Shown here: piece after piece, positions 41,512 through 44,372 of the stretch | Position numbering within the stretch: the stretch's first letter is position 1 | How the letters are laid out: each line of letters begins with the position of its first letter | Assembly (NCBI GenBank): GCA_001275005.1 | Contig: JWZX01002974.1 | Span: 1-44,372 of the forward strand | Source of the DNA: Chrysochromulina tobinii | Taxonomy: Eukaryota | Length of the DNA stretch: 44,372 nt | Reading direction: 5' to 3' | Notes under the pieces: model-generated | The model's input: only the letters and a program-made list of their open reading frames with translations | The model's database searches: none | Told to the model about the DNA's origin: nothing | Position numbers and translations under genes: made by a program

Positions 41512-44157
41512 TCACTTCCTTCCGGGGAAGCTGAGGTCGTGCCCCGTGCCGCAGCCGAAGACATCGGACATCTTGTGCGGCGCATCGCGCTCAAGGTCGA
41601 GACTGTCGATAGCCTGCACGGCGTGCAGGTCGATCATCTCGAGCTCGGCGGTGACCTCCTCCATCGAGGGGCGAGCCTCGGGATCGTGGGCCCAGCAGTC
41701 GGCCACGAGCCCAAACCAGCTCGAGAGGGCGCCGTGGGCCTCGCTGCCCACAAGCGGCAGCACGTCGTCCGCGTCCGCAGGCAGCGGCGGGCGCATGCCC
41801 GCGCGAACCGCGCGGAAGATTTCCGCGGTGCGCTCAATGTTCGCAAAAGGCGAGCGCCGTCGCCCGATGGCCCACAGAAGCATCCCCGTCGAGTACACGT
41901 CGGCCGAGAACGTGTACGCCAACACAGAGGCGCCAAAGTCGGCGGGCAGCGTGTCGCCCGTGGAGCGCGGCATTTCCTCGGGGAGCCTCATGATCTCGGG
42001 GGCCATCCACTGCGCGGTGCCGAGGTTGGCTGTCATGCGGTCCGCGTTCATCGTGTGGCGCGGAGACAGAGCACCACCCGACAAAGGAAGGAGCGACGCG
42101 TCAACCCCACTCGCGTCGGCGAGGAGCCGCGATGAGACTGCTGATGGGCTGGCCAAGGACGCAGCGGGTGGCGAGGTCTGGATCGAGGTCGACGGAGGGC
42201 CACCAAAGGAAGACCAGGAGGGCCAGCCGGGCTGCTGTGAGATGGTTACATCGGGCGAGGATGAGCCACGCCGATGCAAGGGTGGCGTAACCGGCGGCGC
42301 GCTGCTCTGCAGCAGCGGCTCGAGCGTGCTGCTCGTGGCTGGGGAGCCGTCAATGTGGGCCCGTAGGACGACGTTCAAATGCCTTGATGGGGAAGGCCCA
42401 GCGCCGTATCCGAGCGCTGCTGTGCCCAGGGCCATGGCGAACCCCGCGACGCTTCCGCCCCCACTCGTGCTCGCCGTGCAGCCCGCACCCACGCCGCTCG
42501 GCGCGCCGTCGAGGACCAGCGGGTCGACGGACAGATCGTCCGCCGGCGACCCCTCGAGTAGATCGTCCAGCTGGGTCGCTCGTGGGGAGCTTCGAAGTGA
42601 GTTCAAGGTGCTTGAACGGGGCAGTCGCCGACCCGTGTGCGACGCGAGCGAGATGAGGCGCGAGAGCCCAAAGTCGCAGATCTTGAGCACAAAGTGCGCG
42701 TCGATCAAGCAGTTCTGCGGCTTCAGGTCGCGATGGATGACCTTGTGACGATGCAGATGGCGCACGCCGTAAGCAAGCTGCTGCCCCAGCAGCAGCCGCC
42801 GACTCCACGGAAGCAGCGGTACGCCTAAGCCCTCCCCCTCCCCATTGAGCGACGGCGAACGGTCCAGCATCGAGGCCAGTGAGCCGAGCTGCGCGTACTC
42901 GGTCATCAGCAGAGACGCGCCACCGCTCGGGTCGACCACAAGACCGATGAAGTTGACGATGTTGCGGTGGCGCAGCACTTCTTTGCTGAGGAGCGCAGCC
43001 TCCGTCTCGAGTTCATGCTGCAAGGCATCACGGTCAGTCGGCGAGAGACCGTGCGTCTTGAGGCGCTTGAGCGCGACCGCAGTGCCTTGCCACGTGCCGA
43101 GGAAGACGGAGGCGAACGCGCCCTCGCCGAGCGATCGGCCGAAGGAGACCTCGCCGATGGGGACGCGAAGCAGCCAGGGCACCGCCCCAAACTTGGAGAA
43201 GCGCGTAGTGTGAACCGCAGACGAAAGGGCGAGTAAGATGAGGAGATCGGGCAGCTGACCCACGACGAAGAAGGTGAAGGCGCCCAGACGCGTAGACCAC
43301 GAGAGCGCCTCGCGCGCCCACGCCGCATTCGAGGCTGAGAAGATCTCGACCGCCGCGCGCCCTGCCGACGCGATCAGCAGCGAGAAGATGACCACGAGCC
43401 AGCGCAGGATAACGGCCGGGATGCCGCGGAAGCCCGACTGGAGCCTCGCCTGACGCACGAGGCTGCGCAGAAAGTTGGGCGGTGCGAGAAAGAAGACGAG
43501 CGCAAGCACGAGCTCTGAGAGCGTGAGGGCCGCATGCACCGCCTCCACAGCATCGTCTTGCGGCAGGCTCGCATCGCCGCTCGCCGACTGTGACGACGCC
43601 ATTTGCGGCCACGGGACCATGCGCCACATCATGCTCGTGACGCTGCCGAGGACGATGAAAAGCACCGTGGCAATCCTCAGGATTCGGGCGTGCTTGCCCG
43701 GCAGCACGTTCATGTAAGCGAGGCGCAGCTCCGAGAGGAAGAGGAGCACCAGCATGCTGCTCGACCATGCGGCGATGAAAGCCACGCCCGGCATCACCAC
43801 TGCGAATACATGGCACGTGACAGCAAGCGCGTAGGTGTTTTCGCAATAGCCCATGGGAGTGACGACACCGAGAAGGATGATCATGCAGAGGCGCGCGATC
43901 GCCGCCAGCAACATGCATCCTGTCATGAAGCGGCGCAGCACCCACTGGCCTGGGCTGTCGCGCCGGCAGTGGACGCATGCAATAACAATGGCCGAACCGC
44001 CGAAGACGCCGATCCAAATGAAGGACCAAGGCGGTGTGATCGCGTGCGTCAACCAAGAGGGCGTGCGTTCCACCAGAGTCGAGTTCAAGGTGTGGACATC
44101 GCTCGACACGTCTGTGACGATTGTGCCGGTGCGGAGCGTGGCAACCTCTGCCAGCAT
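41512..44157 (-). CDS. Seven-transmembrane receptor-like domain fused to a tyrosine-kinase-like (TKL) kinase
   Basis: About seven hydrophobic helices in aa ~45-315, then LGEGAFASVFLGTWQGTAVALK, HRNIVNFIG, HRDLKPQN, KICDFG, GTAQWMAPE, ADVYSTG and CWAHDPEARPSM. Confidence 0.85.
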   Translation of the reverse strand: MLAEVATLRTGTIVTDVSSDVHTLNSTLVERTPSWLTHAITPPWSFIWIGVFGGSAIVIACVHCRRDSPGQWVLRRFMTGCMLLAAIARLCMIILLGVVTPMGYCENTYALAVTCHVFAVVMPGVAFIAAWSSSMLVLLFLSELRLAYMNVLPGKHARILRIATVLFIVLGSVTSMMWRMVPWPQMASSQSASGDASLPQDDAVEAVHAALTLSELVLALVFFLAPPNFLRSLVRQARLQSGFRGIPAVILRWLVVIFSLLIASAGRAAVEIFSASNAAWAREALSWSTRLGAFTFFVVGQLPDLLILLALSSAVHTTRFSKFGAVPWLLRVPIGEVSFGRSLGEGAFASVFLGTWQGTAVALKRLKTHGLSPTDRDALQHELETEAALLSKEVLRHRNIVNFIGLVVDPSGGASLLMTEYAQLGSLASMLDRSPSLNGEGEGLGVPLLPWSRRLLLGQQLAYGVRHLHRHKVIHRDLKPQNCLIDAHFVLKICDFGLSRLISLASHTGRRLPRSSTLNSLRSSPRATQLDDLLEGSPADDLSVDPLVLDGAPSGVGAGCTASTSGGGSVAGFAMALGTAALGYGAGPSPSRHLNVVLRAHIDGSPATSSTLEPLLQSSAPPVTPPLHRRGSSSPDVTISQQPGWPSWSSFGGPPSTSIQTSPPAASLASPSAVSSRLLADASGVDASLLPLSGGALSPRHTMNADRMTANLGTAQWMAPEIMRLPEEMPRSTGDTLPADFGASVLAYTFSADVYSTGMLLWAIGRRRSPFANIERTAEIFRAVRAGMRPPLPADADDVLPLVGSEAHGALSSWFGLVADCWAHDPEARPSMEEVTAELEMIDLHAVQAIDSLDLERDAPHKMSDVFGCGTGHDLSFPGRK

Positions 44158-44372
44158 GTCGGGCGGCGCGGCTTCACAGCTTCTCCACGAGAGGTTCTTG
44201 TGTGAAAGTCAGAACGGGTCGACAGACGACACAGCGGGTGTGAGAACCAACTCAGCAACTCAGATACATGTATATCCGGAATCCGAAGTTTGACAAAACT
44301 TTAAAAATGTCGGTGGAGCCCGCCCATCTACGCTCGAACCCGCCCGCCAGCGCGGGCCCAGCTCGCCCTCTC

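Noticed and set aside
1..44372. rRNA, tRNA or snRNA genes and intact transposase/RT genes
   Set aside because: No recognisable conserved motifs were seen by eye; tRNAscan and Infernal were not run.

Overview
This is GC-rich, gene-dense eukaryotic nuclear DNA. Evidence: spliceosomal GT-AG and GC-AG introns, a Nup93 nucleoporin, a Rab GTPase, STE20 and TKL kinases, and RING, PX, C2 and PDZ domains. The short introns, the GC donor and the (AGACGCAATC)n intronic repeat suggest a haptophyte alga, possibly Chrysochromulina-like; this is inference. About 17 protein genes are supported, many as tight head-to-head pairs. In order: Hippo/MST-like kinase with a SARAH-like tail; PDZ/ZZ protein; SAM methyltransferase; Nup93 (frameshifted); small hypothetical; membrane-anchored DOT1/FAM173-like methyltransferase; PX-C2-TM protein; coiled-coil hypothetical; RING E3; coiled-coil protein with an in-frame TAG; giant Rab carrying a bacterial-type SUKH (SMI1/KNR4) domain; secreted sulfotransferase-like protein; large TPR/IQ protein; GT-A/DUF6492-like protein; Apple/PAN membrane protein; Cys-rich repeat surface protein; 7TM-TKL kinase fusion. 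The most unusual items are the SUKH-Rab fusion, the 7TM-kinase with a ~227-aa activation segment, an intron whose 5' end is a perfect 30-nt copy of the downstream exon, and a 20-mer recurring inside four unrelated coding regions. No rRNA, tRNA, CRISPR array or intact transposon was recognised. All domain calls come from motifs recognised by eye; no database search was run.
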